64,000 bases of DNA. It comes from Bacteriovoracia bacterium. Its GTDB lineage: Bacteria > Bdellovibrionota > Bacteriovoracia > Bacteriovoracales > Bacteriovoracaceae. The stretch is taken from positions 19,347 to 83,346 of the forward strand of contig JBKHVI010000006.1 of NCBI GenBank assembly GCA_046570105.1. Direction: 5' to 3'. Positions 9,640 through 19,529 of this stretch are shown here, in pieces; position 1 is the first letter of the stretch, and each line of letters opens with the position of its first letter. The translations under genes were made by a program, and so were the position numbers. The notes beneath the pieces were generated by a model. It made no database searches. It was not told the DNA's origin and saw only the letters and a program-made list of their open reading frames with translations.

Positions 9640-11610
9640 ATGGCAGATTCCAAGTTTGAAAGATTCGGTAAATATCTCATTCTCGACCATTTGGTTGATG
9701 GTGGGATGGCAAAAATTTGTCGTGCACGCTATCTGGGCGAGCAGTCGAATAAAATTGTCGCGATCAAAATGGTGCAACCACAGTTTTCGCGAGATCCGTC
9801 TTTCGTTCGCATGTTCCAAGACGAACTTTCAGTAACGTTTGGTTTGCAACATCCTAACATTGCCCAAACTTATGACTATGGCAAAGTGAATGATCAACTC
9901 TACACCGCCATGGAGTATGTGGATGGCGCAAACTTAAAGCAATTCCTAGATCGTTTGAAAGATAAGAACTTTGTTTTTCCAGTAGAAATCTCAGTTTATA
10001 TTATCTCGCAAGTTTGTCAGGGTCTGCATTACGCTCATACCTTTCAAGATAAGTTGAGTGGTCAGCCGCTCCATATCGTTCACCGAGATATTTCACCTCA
10101 CAACATCATGCTTACCTATGATGGTGCTGTGAAGGTTATTGACTTTGGTATTGCGAAATCAAACGCCAACTCTGAAGCCACTCAGGCCGGTACCATTAAA
10201 GGTAAATTGTCATATCTAGCTCCAGAGTACCTTGAAGGTCTCGAGCTTGATGCTCGTTATGATGAGTTCGCGGTAGGTATTACTTTGTGGGAAATGCTTT
10301 GCTCACGCAAAATGTTTACCGCTGCTAATGACCTTGCAGTTCTTAAGCAGATTCAGGCCTGTAAGATTGCTCCACCTTCAAGTATCAATCCAAACGTGCC
10401 TAAAGAGCTTGATGCGATTGTTATGAAGGCGCTTTCGAAAGATCGTTCTCAACGTTTTGAAGATATGGATAAGTTTAACCGTGCTTTGGTTAAATTTCTC
10501 TATGCTAAATATCCCGACTTTAACCCATCTGACTTAAGCTACTTTGCAAAAGAACTTTTCAAGGATGAGATTAAGCGCGATAAAGACAAGTTCTTTGAAT
10601 ACGGTAAGATTAATGTTCAGCCCTATATCGAAGATATGGAGAAGAACGAATCAGGTAAGCCAGCGGCCGCTGCTGCTCCTGCTGTCAGTGTAGATGAAGA
10701 ACCTCAGCGTCAAGAACGTCGCGAAATCGAAATGGATTTGACCGCTGGTGCATCTACTTCACCAGGCACTAAATCTGCAACAATCGAACTGGCTTCTCCG
10801 AGTACCCTCGGTGGTACACGTAAAGTGGCCCGTAACGTGTCAACGCGACCAGGTAGTAAAACAGAAGTTAACAATAAGACGAGCACTGGTATTCGTCGTG
10901 CTCCTGTAAAGTCGGGGACGACGACAGGCAAAACTTCCGTCAAATCCAAAAAAGAAATGGAAGCTGCTGAGCCAAAACAGGCCAGTGGCCTTACAGTCGT
11001 GATCGTATTGGTCGCTTCATTATGTGGTGTTGCTTATTTCCAATCTGATTTTATTGAAGAGATGACGGGAATAAATGTTTATAAAATGATCCACGGGGAA
11101 GAGTCAGATCGTGGGATTTCATCAGTTTCAAATCCTGTGCCGGATAAGAAACCTCGTGTGAAGCGTGAGCCAATTCGTGAAGGTGTGATTACTTTAACTG
11201 GCGTCTCACTTGAAATGGAAGTTTTTGTTAATGGTGCTAAGACAAGTTACATGAGTGGTTCACCTCTTAAGGTGCCGTTTGATCAAAGTACGACAATTCT
11301 CGTGAAGCGACCTGGCTACAAGAGCTTCATGAAGCCGATTATCTTAACGATTGAAGAGCCATCGATTCATATTCAGGTACCTGAAATGGCACGTGCCAAT
11401 ACGGGTCTTCTAACTTCGTCTTTAAATTATGGTGCGGGCTCGGTCTTAGTTTTTGAGGTTGATGGTGAGAAGGTCGAGAGACAGATGCCATTTAAAGACA
11501 TGTCGATTCCAGAAGGAACTTACTCAGCAGTGGTTAAAAACCCAGTGCTAGGTACTGAGAAGGAAGTTCAGTTTACTATTGAGCAAAATAAGATTCAATT
11601 GCTCGAATAA
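9640..11610 (+). CDS. Membrane Hanks-type Ser/Thr protein kinase with TM and PEGA-like extracytoplasmic domain
   Basis: GGMA, VAIK, HRDISPHN, DFG, YLAPE; TM LTVVIVLVASLCGVAY; EVFVNG..KRPGYK. Confidence 0.92.
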   Translation: MADSKFERFGKYLILDHLVDGGMAKICRARYLGEQSNKIVAIKMVQPQFSRDPSFVRMFQDELSVTFGLQHPNIAQTYDYGKVNDQLYTAMEYVDGANLKQFLDRLKDKNFVFPVEISVYIISQVCQGLHYAHTFQDKLSGQPLHIVHRDISPHNIMLTYDGAVKVIDFGIAKSNANSEATQAGTIKGKLSYLAPEYLEGLELDARYDEFAVGITLWEMLCSRKMFTAANDLAVLKQIQACKIAPPSSINPNVPKELDAIVMKALSKDRSQRFEDMDKFNRALVKFLYAKYPDFNPSDLSYFAKELFKDEIKRDKDKFFEYGKINVQPYIEDMEKNESGKPAAAAAPAVSVDEEPQRQERREIEMDLTAGASTSPGTKSATIELASPSTLGGTRKVARNVSTRPGSKTEVNNKTSTGIRRAPVKSGTTTGKTSVKSKKEMEAAEPKQASGLTVVIVLVASLCGVAYFQSDFIEEMTGINVYKMIHGEESDRGISSVSNPVPDKKPRVKREPIREGVITLTGVSLEMEVFVNGAKTSYMSGSPLKVPFDQSTTILVKRPGYKSFMKPIILTIEEPSIHIQVPEMARANTGLLTSSLNYGAGSVLVFEVDGEKVERQMPFKDMSIPEGTYSAVVKNPVLGTEKEVQFTIEQNKIQLLE

Positions 11611-12492
11611 TTACTCTTCGTCTTTCTTTTCCTGAGTCTCATCTCCAAAACGTTTGCTCTGTTTGAAACGATTTACTTTTCTCATATTGAGAAGTTTAAG
11701 AATTTCAGCTGCCGTCTCTTCGAGTGCTTTTCCAGTGACATTAAAAACCGGCCAGCGCTTATTTTCTGCAAATAAACTATTCGCCCATTCAACTTCATCA
11801 CTAACCTTATTGAGGTCGGCATATTCACCACCTTTATCAACACCTAAACGCGTAAGGCGATTACGACGAATTTGATGAAGTGTTTCAGCTTCAATCGTAA
11901 GGCAGAAGATTTTTCGCTGATCGATTTGTAGTAACTTCTCTGGAAGAGGCAGACCTTTTACGATAGGCACGTTGACTACCTTGAGCCCTTCTAATGAGAG
12001 ATAGATGGAAAGTGGTGTTTTGGAAGTTCTCGAAATGCCAACCAGAACAACATCCGCCGATTCAAGGCTTTCAATGTTGCGTCCATCATCATGATTCAAA
12101 GTAAATTCAATGGCGGCGACACGACGAAAGTATTCATCGTTGACTGCATGGAGTAGGCCAGGAACATGACTTGGCTCAGCTTCAAAGAAATTAGAAAACG
12201 TTGTGAGCAGTGGTCCCATAAGATCGACTGAGCGAACATGCTCGCGACGGGTAAGTTCAGCAATATGCTGACGCATCTCAAGAGAGACGATCGTGTACAC
12301 AATCACATCGTGATGAATGGCGGCTTCTTGGAAAATGGCATCAATCTGCTCTTTGGTGCGCACATTCTTGTAGCGAGTAAAGAAAATATCCTTGTCTGCG
12401 AATTGAGTCATCGCTGCTCGGGTAATCGCTGTGGCCGTTTCACCAGTCCCGTCGGAGATGACAATGACCTTTAGCTTATCTGTTGCATTCAT
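11611..12492 (-). CDS. ppsR: PEP synthase/PPDK regulatory kinase-pyrophosphorylase (DUF299)
   Basis: ISDGTGETA, AIEFTLNHDDG, GISRTSKTPLS motifs. Confidence 0.9.
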   Translation of the reverse strand: MNATDKLKVIVISDGTGETATAITRAAMTQFADKDIFFTRYKNVRTKEQIDAIFQEAAIHHDVIVYTIVSLEMRQHIAELTRREHVRSVDLMGPLLTTFSNFFEAEPSHVPGLLHAVNDEYFRRVAAIEFTLNHDDGRNIESLESADVVLVGISRTSKTPLSIYLSLEGLKVVNVPIVKGLPLPEKLLQIDQRKIFCLTIEAETLHQIRRNRLTRLGVDKGGEYADLNKVSDEVEWANSLFAENKRWPVFNVTGKALEETAAEILKLLNMRKVNRFKQSKRFGDETQEKKDEE

Positions 12493-12605
12493 CAAGTTCG
12501 CCTATGATTGATTTTTATTTCTGTTGGATGCCTCTTTGGTTTATCATTTTTACATTTATAAGTTAATCGATCTATGAGCGATTTTGATCTGCTGGGAGGC
12601 AGCCT

Positions 12606-13634
12606 ATGAAATTTGTGCAAATGACTCTGGTATTATGGATAATTTTAAGCCATGCCTCGGCCATGGAAGCTCTGCCCAAAGCGGTGCCAATTCCTGCTGA
12701 TAATCCACAAACACCAATTAAAATTGAGCTTGGTAAGTCACTCTATTTTGACCCTCGTTTGTCCAAAGATGGAACGGTGTCATGTAACTCGTGTCACAAT
12801 GTGATGGCCGGTGGCGAAGATGGAAGACCAGTGGGTGTGGGTATCATGGGTCAACGTGGAGGGCGCGGATCTCCTACCGTTTGGAACTCAGCTTTTCACA
12901 CAGTGCAATTCTGGGATGGCCGTGCAGCAAGTCTTGAAGAGCAAGCTAAAGGCCCTCTGACAAATCCAGTAGAAATGGGAATGGAATCTCATGATGCTGT
13001 CATGGAGCGTGTTAAGCGTTTACCAGGATATGTTGCTTTGTTTAAGCGGGCCTTTCCCAAGGATAAAGAGCCCGTTACTATTGATAATTTAGCAAAAGCG
13101 ATTGCCAGTTTTGAACGTACACTTGTTACGCCAGACAGTCCTTTTGATCTATATAAGCGTGGAAATAAAAAAGCTCTTTCCGCTGCTGCTTTGCGTGGAA
13201 TGAAATTAGTAGATGAGGTGGGTTGTACCGCCTGTCATACGGGGGCCAACTTTGCTGGCGAAGGATTTAAAATGGGAGAAGGAAATTACCAGCCTTTCCC
13301 GCAAATCCCCGGATCTAAGTACGACAAGCAATACGATCTGTTGAGCGATAAAGGTCGTTATGAAGTCACTAAGAATAAGGAAGATATCAACAAATGGCGT
13401 GTTCCTACATGGAGAAACGTTGCGATCACTGCTCCCTATTTCCACAACGGGAAAGTGAAGACCTTAGACGAAGCGGTTCGAGTGATGGCAAAGACACAAC
13501 TTGATGCTGATCTGACGGATGATCAAGTGAAAGACATTGTAGAATTCTTAAATGCCTTAACGGGAAAATTTCCAAAGATTACCGCTCCTCAGCTTCCGCT
13601 GTTAGTGAACGATACTCTTACTCCTGAGAAATAA
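12606..13634 (+). CDS. ccp: Di-haem cytochrome c peroxidase
   Basis: Signal peptide; CNSCH and CTACH; QFWDGRA; PYFHNG. Confidence 0.92.
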   Translation: MKFVQMTLVLWIILSHASAMEALPKAVPIPADNPQTPIKIELGKSLYFDPRLSKDGTVSCNSCHNVMAGGEDGRPVGVGIMGQRGGRGSPTVWNSAFHTVQFWDGRAASLEEQAKGPLTNPVEMGMESHDAVMERVKRLPGYVALFKRAFPKDKEPVTIDNLAKAIASFERTLVTPDSPFDLYKRGNKKALSAAALRGMKLVDEVGCTACHTGANFAGEGFKMGEGNYQPFPQIPGSKYDKQYDLLSDKGRYEVTKNKEDINKWRVPTWRNVAITAPYFHNGKVKTLDEAVRVMAKTQLDADLTDDQVKDIVEFLNALTGKFPKITAPQLPLLVNDTLTPEK

Positions 13635-14544
13635 AATTGTGACATTTCGCCATGAGGGCTTCGCTCTCATGGCGAGGGTCAAATACAAATTTTTCTTTTT
13701 TCTTAAACCATGTTCGTTGAGATTTTGCCAATCTTCGGGTGTTAATCACAATCCTCTCGATGTAGGCCGCCTGATCCGATCCATATACTCCGTTGAGCCA
13801 GTCGAGTGTTTCTTTATAACCTATCGCCTGCAATGGCTTTTCAGTCCCGATAAAGCCATTTTTTAATAGCGTTTGTACTTCATCGACCAAACCACTTTTT
13901 ACCATCAGCTCTGTACGGGCCTCAATGATTTTTAAATGATCTTCCTTGGGAAGATCGAGGTGAAGATGGAGCACTTGCCAGTGCTGAGGCTTCTGAGGTG
14001 AAAAAACATTTCGCTGGAGAGAGAAAGGTGAATGGTGTGTCCAAAAGTGCTCTACGGCGCGCCTGATGCGGTAATGATCATTGGCATGTAAACGATGAAA
14101 ACTTTCGCGATCATTTTTCTCTAAGACTTCCAGGAAGGGCGTTATGCCTTCCTTAACGTAGAGTTCATCGGATCTTTGGGAAACCTCGAGGGGAGTGGTA
14201 GGAGAGTCCCACATTCCTTCTAAGAGTGCCTGTAAGTAAAAGCCAGAGCCACCCACCAGCAAAACATTTTTTTTGCGTTGATGGATTTCTTCAATAATAG
14301 GAGCCGCCAATTTGGCAAAATCAGCAGCGTTCATAGGCTCAGCAATACTGCAAACATTGATAAGATGATGAGGGATATTTGCTTGTTCATCTTTGGTGGG
14401 TTTCGCCGTGCCAATTGAGAGCTCGCGGTAAAAAAGAAGCGAATCAAAATTAACTATTTCGAGCCCGAATTTTTTTGCCAGAAGAATAGCTTGGCCCGTT
14501 TTGCCGGTCGCGGTTGGCCCGGAGAGGACGAGCACCTTGTTCAT
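13618..14544 (-). CDS. miaA: tRNA dimethylallyltransferase
   Basis: GPTATGKT, SIGTAKP, VGGSGFY, AKSQRTWF; adjacent to mutL. Confidence 0.95.
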   Translation of the reverse strand: MNKVLVLSGPTATGKTGQAILLAKKFGLEIVNFDSLLFYRELSIGTAKPTKDEQANIPHHLINVCSIAEPMNAADFAKLAAPIIEEIHQRKKNVLLVGGSGFYLQALLEGMWDSPTTPLEVSQRSDELYVKEGITPFLEVLEKNDRESFHRLHANDHYRIRRAVEHFWTHHSPFSLQRNVFSPQKPQHWQVLHLHLDLPKEDHLKIIEARTELMVKSGLVDEVQTLLKNGFIGTEKPLQAIGYKETLDWLNGVYGSDQAAYIERIVINTRRLAKSQRTWFKKKEKFVFDPRHESEALMAKCHNFISQE

Positions 14545-16154
14545 AGCTTTTTACCGAACAGGAGTGGGGAAATGGTTTGAGAAATTTGAGGTGCTTCCTT
14601 GGTCGATTCGCTGAGGGCGTTCCATATCTCCTCCCATTTGTGGACTGAGATTTCATGAAAATCGATCGACGGTACATCTTGATTTAACACCATCGGAAGC
14701 AAGACTGAGAGAGGAATGCCTTGTGACCAAGTCGGTATTTCTCTGACGACATGAAAATTAGTTTCGAGAGAATCAATTTCAAAACCGGTCTGATTCAATC
14801 GTGCCAATGTCATGGCAGAGATATCTGTGTTTCTAAGCGGATGACTTACAAGTAAAGGAGTGCGTGTTGAACTGTCGGCATTTTGAGTTTTCACCCATGC
14901 TACGAGGAGTTCGCGGCCATCAATATAAGTAGGTGAATTTTTTTGAGGTAGTTGCCAAATAAAATAGGGGCCTTTTTCTGAATGCAGCAGGCGAGGCCCG
15001 ATACTCAGTTCAAACTCTTCAGTCGAGTTCATGCGTTGCATATGGCCGGCATAGCTCTCGGCTCGGTCGCGCCCTAAATCAACTGAGTAGGATGGAGCAG
15101 GCAAATTGAACTCAGTCATCTTTTCGGTAGGTGCTACGTTTTGTGGAAGTGCTTCACGCAGAGTCGCCGTAACAAGAGAGAGAATCTCACCCATCTGATG
15201 AAATTTAACCATCGTCTTGTTAGGATGAACGTTCACATCGATTTGATCACCGGGCACATCGAGTTGGATCAGGATGGTGGGTGTTTCCGGTAAGACCAGT
15301 TTTTCGAGAATCTGTTGTGAAACACGAATATAGGCCTTATCTAAAACAGGGCGTTTATTGATAATCACATGCTCGATGGGACCTTGAGCTTTTGATCCTT
15401 GTTGGAAAATCGTAAGAACATGACAAGTAAGTCCCTGCCATTCACGACGGGCCTCATGAATGCGTACTCGCTCTTGTGCTTTGCTGGAGAAGAATTGACG
15501 AATTCTTTCAAGAGAAGTGTTTGTCGATGGATAAATAAGTCGCTCATCTTGATCCCACTGTAGAGAAAAACCGACAGTTGGATAGGTTATCGCGAAGGCG
15601 TAAAAGAATTTTTTTAACCAATTCTTTTCACTGGTGGCCGATTGTAGAAATTTCAATCGTGCTGGTGTGTTAAAAAATAAATCCTGCACAGTCATAATCG
15701 TGCCGTGATCTTTGCCACTTTTATTGACCGAGAGTACTTCGCCTTGCATTCCGCCTTCAAAGCGCAGACTGGCTCCTGTTTTGGATTCTTGTGTCCAAGA
15801 AACGCACTCAAGTCGTGCGACACTGGCAATTGAGGGAAGGGCCTCTCCACGAAATCCAAACGAGCTAAGACGGTAGAGATCTTCAAAGCGATTAATCTTT
15901 GAGGTGGCATGACGGCCAAAAGCGACCGCCAACTCACTGGCCGGTATGCCACTGCCATTGTCACTGACACGTAAAAGTGTGAGTCCGTTGTCTTTTATTT
16001 CGATATCGATTTGCGTGGCACCCGCATCGAGCGCATTTTCAAGCAGCTCTTTTAAGACGTTGGCCGGGCGTTCAATAACTTCTCCCGCTTTGATTTGATC
16101 AATCAAATGCTCCGGGAGAAGACGAATAGGATTTCTTGCGGGTGTCGCAGTCAC
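14541..16154 (-). CDS. mutL: DNA mismatch repair protein MutL (short, divergent C-terminus)
   Basis: AGEVIERPANVLKELLENALDAGA, GFRGEAL, DVNVHPNK. Confidence 0.92.
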   Translation of the reverse strand: MTATPARNPIRLLPEHLIDQIKAGEVIERPANVLKELLENALDAGATQIDIEIKDNGLTLLRVSDNGSGIPASELAVAFGRHATSKINRFEDLYRLSSFGFRGEALPSIASVARLECVSWTQESKTGASLRFEGGMQGEVLSVNKSGKDHGTIMTVQDLFFNTPARLKFLQSATSEKNWLKKFFYAFAITYPTVGFSLQWDQDERLIYPSTNTSLERIRQFFSSKAQERVRIHEARREWQGLTCHVLTIFQQGSKAQGPIEHVIINKRPVLDKAYIRVSQQILEKLVLPETPTILIQLDVPGDQIDVNVHPNKTMVKFHQMGEILSLVTATLREALPQNVAPTEKMTEFNLPAPSYSVDLGRDRAESYAGHMQRMNSTEEFELSIGPRLLHSEKGPYFIWQLPQKNSPTYIDGRELLVAWVKTQNADSSTRTPLLVSHPLRNTDISAMTLARLNQTGFEIDSLETNFHVVREIPTWSQGIPLSVLLPMVLNQDVPSIDFHEISVHKWEEIWNALSESTKEAPQISQTISPLLFGKKL

Positions 16155-17062
16155 GCTTTAAAGAAGTTGACCTGATTACGGCCACCTTCTTTGGATTTAT
16201 AGACTGCTGAATCGGCGCGCTTAAATAAATCGGTGCCGGTGTTAATACCTTGGCGATAATCAGCGACACCAATACTGGCGGTAACTGGCAAACGTTTGCC
16301 ATCATAGATGAATTCGTATTTCTCAATCATTTTGCGAAGGCGTTCAGCAATCTCAAAACCTTGCTTGAGGTTGGTATTAGGGAGAAGAATACAGAACTCT
16401 TCACCACCATAACGAGCGACGATATCGCCTTGGCGAATACCTTGTTCACGAATCAGACGAGATTTTTCTTTGAGAACGAAATCTCCAGCATCATGTCCGT
16501 AGTTATCATTGAGCTTCTTGAAGTGATCAAGATCAAAAATGATAAGCGTCAGGGGTTTTCCTGTCACTTTGCATTTCTTGACTTCATTCTCAAGAGCATC
16601 GTTGAAATAGCGCTTGTTATAAACTTTGGTAAGTCCATCAGTATTGGCTTCTTCATGAAGCTTATCGTAAGTCAGGCGCTCAGGATCTCCCTTAGGAAGA
16701 TACTTTAGGGCGACGGCTCCAACCTTAATCATGTCGCCACGAGAAAGCGGGGCACTGCCTTCGACTTTTTTATTATTCAGATAAGTTCCGTTGGCAGAAC
16801 CTAGGTCTTGCAAAACAACATTGCCATCTTCGCTGACGAGAATGGTGAAATGCTTGCGAGAGATACCTTGAAAATCGAGAGGGACTTGGCAGTCGGGATT
16901 TCTTCCCGCCACAGTTTCACCCGGCATGAGATCAAAGATGGAACCGTTAAGATCACCACCCACCACGAGTAGGCAGGCAGGTTTGGCTTCAGCTTCTTTC
17001 TCTGAAGCTGAAAGCGCAGCTTTGATATCACGGATGACTACGGTAGCGTTGTCGTCACTCAT
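16151..17062 (-). CDS. FHA-GGDEF diguanylate cyclase (DgcB-like)
   Basis: FHA GR..SRKH..SANGT; DLDHFKKLND, RQGD I-site, GGEEF; GGAG upstream of GTG/ATG at 17065/17062. Confidence 0.9.
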   Translation of the reverse strand: MSDDNATVVIRDIKAALSASEKEAEAKPACLLVVGGDLNGSIFDLMPGETVAGRNPDCQVPLDFQGISRKHFTILVSEDGNVVLQDLGSANGTYLNNKKVEGSAPLSRGDMIKVGAVALKYLPKGDPERLTYDKLHEEANTDGLTKVYNKRYFNDALENEVKKCKVTGKPLTLIIFDLDHFKKLNDNYGHDAGDFVLKEKSRLIREQGIRQGDIVARYGGEEFCILLPNTNLKQGFEIAERLRKMIEKYEFIYDGKRLPVTASIGVADYRQGINTGTDLFKRADSAVYKSKEGGRNQVNFFKA

Positions 17063-17158
17063 CACTTTCTCCAAATACGAACGATCAGATCATCAAAGTA
17101 TTGTAATCCTGAGGCCCGCGACATTCAAGACGCGAGTAACAGGTAGACCACTTATCGG

Positions 17159-18397
17159 TTAGGGTGCGTGCTGGCCAAGCCAATCGTGAGCATATTTTTT
17201 TCCGGCCTCAACACCGGGCTGATTAAACGGATCTACTCCTAGAGTTATTCCGACGGCGACAGTCAAGGACTCAAAGAAAAGAATGAGTTGGCCCAATGTA
17301 TCAGCATTAAATTGTTGAAGACGTAGATCGAGTAAAGGACGGCCCTCTTCTTCTAGGGCCTTTAGTGTACCAGCATGCTCAGCTTTCATGAGTTCACTTA
17401 AAGTAAAAGGAGCAAGTGCTTCGAGATGAGGATATTTAAGAGAATTTTTAAGTGGCAGCGAATGTTCACTCTTTTCGATGCCCAGAAGCAGCATGGTTTT
17501 ATCGGCAGGACCTTGCATGAAGAGCTGCATTTGCGAATGCTGATCGGTGGCACCGTAACTCATAACAGGAGTGAGGCCTTTGCCATCTTTACCAAGAGAT
17601 TCCGCCCAAAGTTGCACCCACCAAGCCGTAAATTCTTTTAGGAGCGAGCTATAGGGCATGAGAACCGTCAGGGTACGGCCAGCTTTTCTTTGCTCTTCTA
17701 ACCAAAATGTCATTTGTGTTAGAAGATTTTTCTCAGCTTGTGGTTCAAGCAGATTCGCCTTCATCGCTTCCGCGCCATGAAGGAGTTGATCAACCGAAAT
17801 GCCGGCCCAAGCGGCAGTAAATAATCCGACGTCAGTTAAAACACTAAAGCGCCCACCAATCGAGGGGGGAACATCTAAGCATGAGAGTTGGTGATCACGA
17901 GCAAACTTTCTGAGATCTCCATTCTTGGGATCGGTGCAAACGACAATAAACTCTTTCCACTGAGCAGCCGTGACTTTATGTTTCTCTAGCCAGCTAAGAA
18001 TGATTGAGAGAGCCGCCAAGGTTTCAGCAGTATTGCCTGACTTTGAAACGATATAAAAGAATGTTTCGTTAATATCCCAATCGCGCTGTTGGCGCACCAA
18101 CATATCGGTATCGATGTTATTAATAAATTGAACTCGTTTGTCGGCACTAACTCCCAAAGCTGAAAGCAGCATTTCAGGACCTAGGCTTGAACCACCAATA
18201 CCAACATGAACCAAACGTCTCTTGTGAGCAAAACGACGGGCCGTTGTTTTAGCGGTAGTGGCAATCGCTCTGTCACTTGAGTGACGATAAAAACCAATAT
18301 CCTCTCGATCGACTGTAGCCTTAAATTTCTTTAACAGCTCTTGATGAAAAGCTTGATTGGGTGTCAAAGCTGGAAAGGCATGGGCGAGCTTGATCAT
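17159..18397 (-). CDS. pgi: Glucose-6-phosphate isomerase
   Basis: GIGGSSLG, SKSGNTAET, GGRFS, QLWAESLGK, DQHS, FNQPGVE. Confidence 0.93.
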   Translation of the reverse strand: MIKLAHAFPALTPNQAFHQELLKKFKATVDREDIGFYRHSSDRAIATTAKTTARRFAHKRRLVHVGIGGSSLGPEMLLSALGVSADKRVQFINNIDTDMLVRQQRDWDINETFFYIVSKSGNTAETLAALSIILSWLEKHKVTAAQWKEFIVVCTDPKNGDLRKFARDHQLSCLDVPPSIGGRFSVLTDVGLFTAAWAGISVDQLLHGAEAMKANLLEPQAEKNLLTQMTFWLEEQRKAGRTLTVLMPYSSLLKEFTAWWVQLWAESLGKDGKGLTPVMSYGATDQHSQMQLFMQGPADKTMLLLGIEKSEHSLPLKNSLKYPHLEALAPFTLSELMKAEHAGTLKALEEEGRPLLDLRLQQFNADTLGQLILFFESLTVAVGITLGVDPFNQPGVEAGKKYAHDWLGQHAP

Positions 18398-19527
18398 GGG
18401 GCATACTCTTTTTTAAGTTGGCGTGCGATGACCATGCGTTGAATTTGGTTCGTTCCTTCAACAATCTGGAGAACTTTCGCATCTCGCATAAAGCGCTCGA
18501 CTGGATACTCACTGGTATAACCAACGCCACCGTGGATTTGCACAGCATCGGTCGTCACCTTCATGGCCGTATCTGTTGCTTTGAGTTTGGCCATTGAGGA
18601 GAGTTTAACGGAACTCTGACCGATATCAACGAGGCGAGCGGCTTCTTGAACAAGCAGTCGTGAAGCTTCTACTTCAAGCGCCATATCCGAAAGCATGAAT
18701 TGTAGACCTTGAAATTCAAAAATAGGCTGCTTAAATTGCACGCGCCCAAGCGCATAACGTGTGGCCTCATCAAGCGCTCTTTGCGCGCAACCCACACCAA
18801 TCGCACCAATCGCGATTCGTCCACGATCTAAACCTCCCATCGCCACTTTAAAACCTTCACCTTCAGTGAGTAGCAGATTCTCTTTTGGGATGAGGCAATT
18901 TTCAAAAACCAGTTCGCGAGTCGGAGAAGCTTTCCAACCCATTTTCTTTTCAGCTTTACCGTAAGTGAAACCTGGTGTGCCATCACGAACGATAAAAGCT
19001 GAGACACCTTTGGCGCCTTCAGCTCCTGTGCGTGCCATCACGATATAAGTTTTGGCGACACCCGCTGAGGTGATCCACATTTTCGTACCGTTTAAGACAT
19101 AACCATCAGCGGTGGCTTTTGCGGTACACTTCATTGAAGCTGCATCTGAGCCAGAGTGAGATTCAGAAAGAGCAAAAGCTCCGATCTCAGTACCAGCCGT
19201 TAACGCCGGAAGATATTTTTTCTTTTGTTCAGTGTTGCCGTAATCTTTTAAAATCGATTGCACCATGCTGGAGACTGAAACTGTCACAGCATAAGCGACA
19301 GAGTACTGCGCGATGGTATCAAGACAGGCGACATAATCTTGAAAGGAGAGACCGGCCCCGCCAAACTCCTCAGGTTGTGTGATTCCCGTGTAACCTTGTT
19401 CACCTAACCCCTGGAAGATTTCCATGCGAAAGCGCGCTTCCTCATCATCGTGCTCCATATGAGGTTCGATGTGAGTTGAACACCACTTGGCCAAATTCGT
19501 TTGTAACTCTTTTCGAAGATCAGTCAT
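18394..19527 (-). CDS. Acyl-CoA dehydrogenase
   Basis: FALSESHSGSD, RGRIAIGA, RDAKVLQIVEGTNQIQR. Confidence 0.95.
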   Translation of the reverse strand: MTDLRKELQTNLAKWCSTHIEPHMEHDDEEARFRMEIFQGLGEQGYTGITQPEEFGGAGLSFQDYVACLDTIAQYSVAYAVTVSVSSMVQSILKDYGNTEQKKKYLPALTAGTEIGAFALSESHSGSDAASMKCTAKATADGYVLNGTKMWITSAGVAKTYIVMARTGAEGAKGVSAFIVRDGTPGFTYGKAEKKMGWKASPTRELVFENCLIPKENLLLTEGEGFKVAMGGLDRGRIAIGAIGVGCAQRALDEATRYALGRVQFKQPIFEFQGLQFMLSDMALEVEASRLLVQEAARLVDIGQSSVKLSSMAKLKATDTAMKVTTDAVQIHGGVGYTSEYPVERFMRDAKVLQIVEGTNQIQRMVIARQLKKEYAP

Positions 19528-19529
19528 GA

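Noticed and set aside
17152..17180. ACCGATAA sigma28-like -10 box upstream of the FHA-GGDEF gene
   Set aside because: No acceptable -35 element at the right spacing
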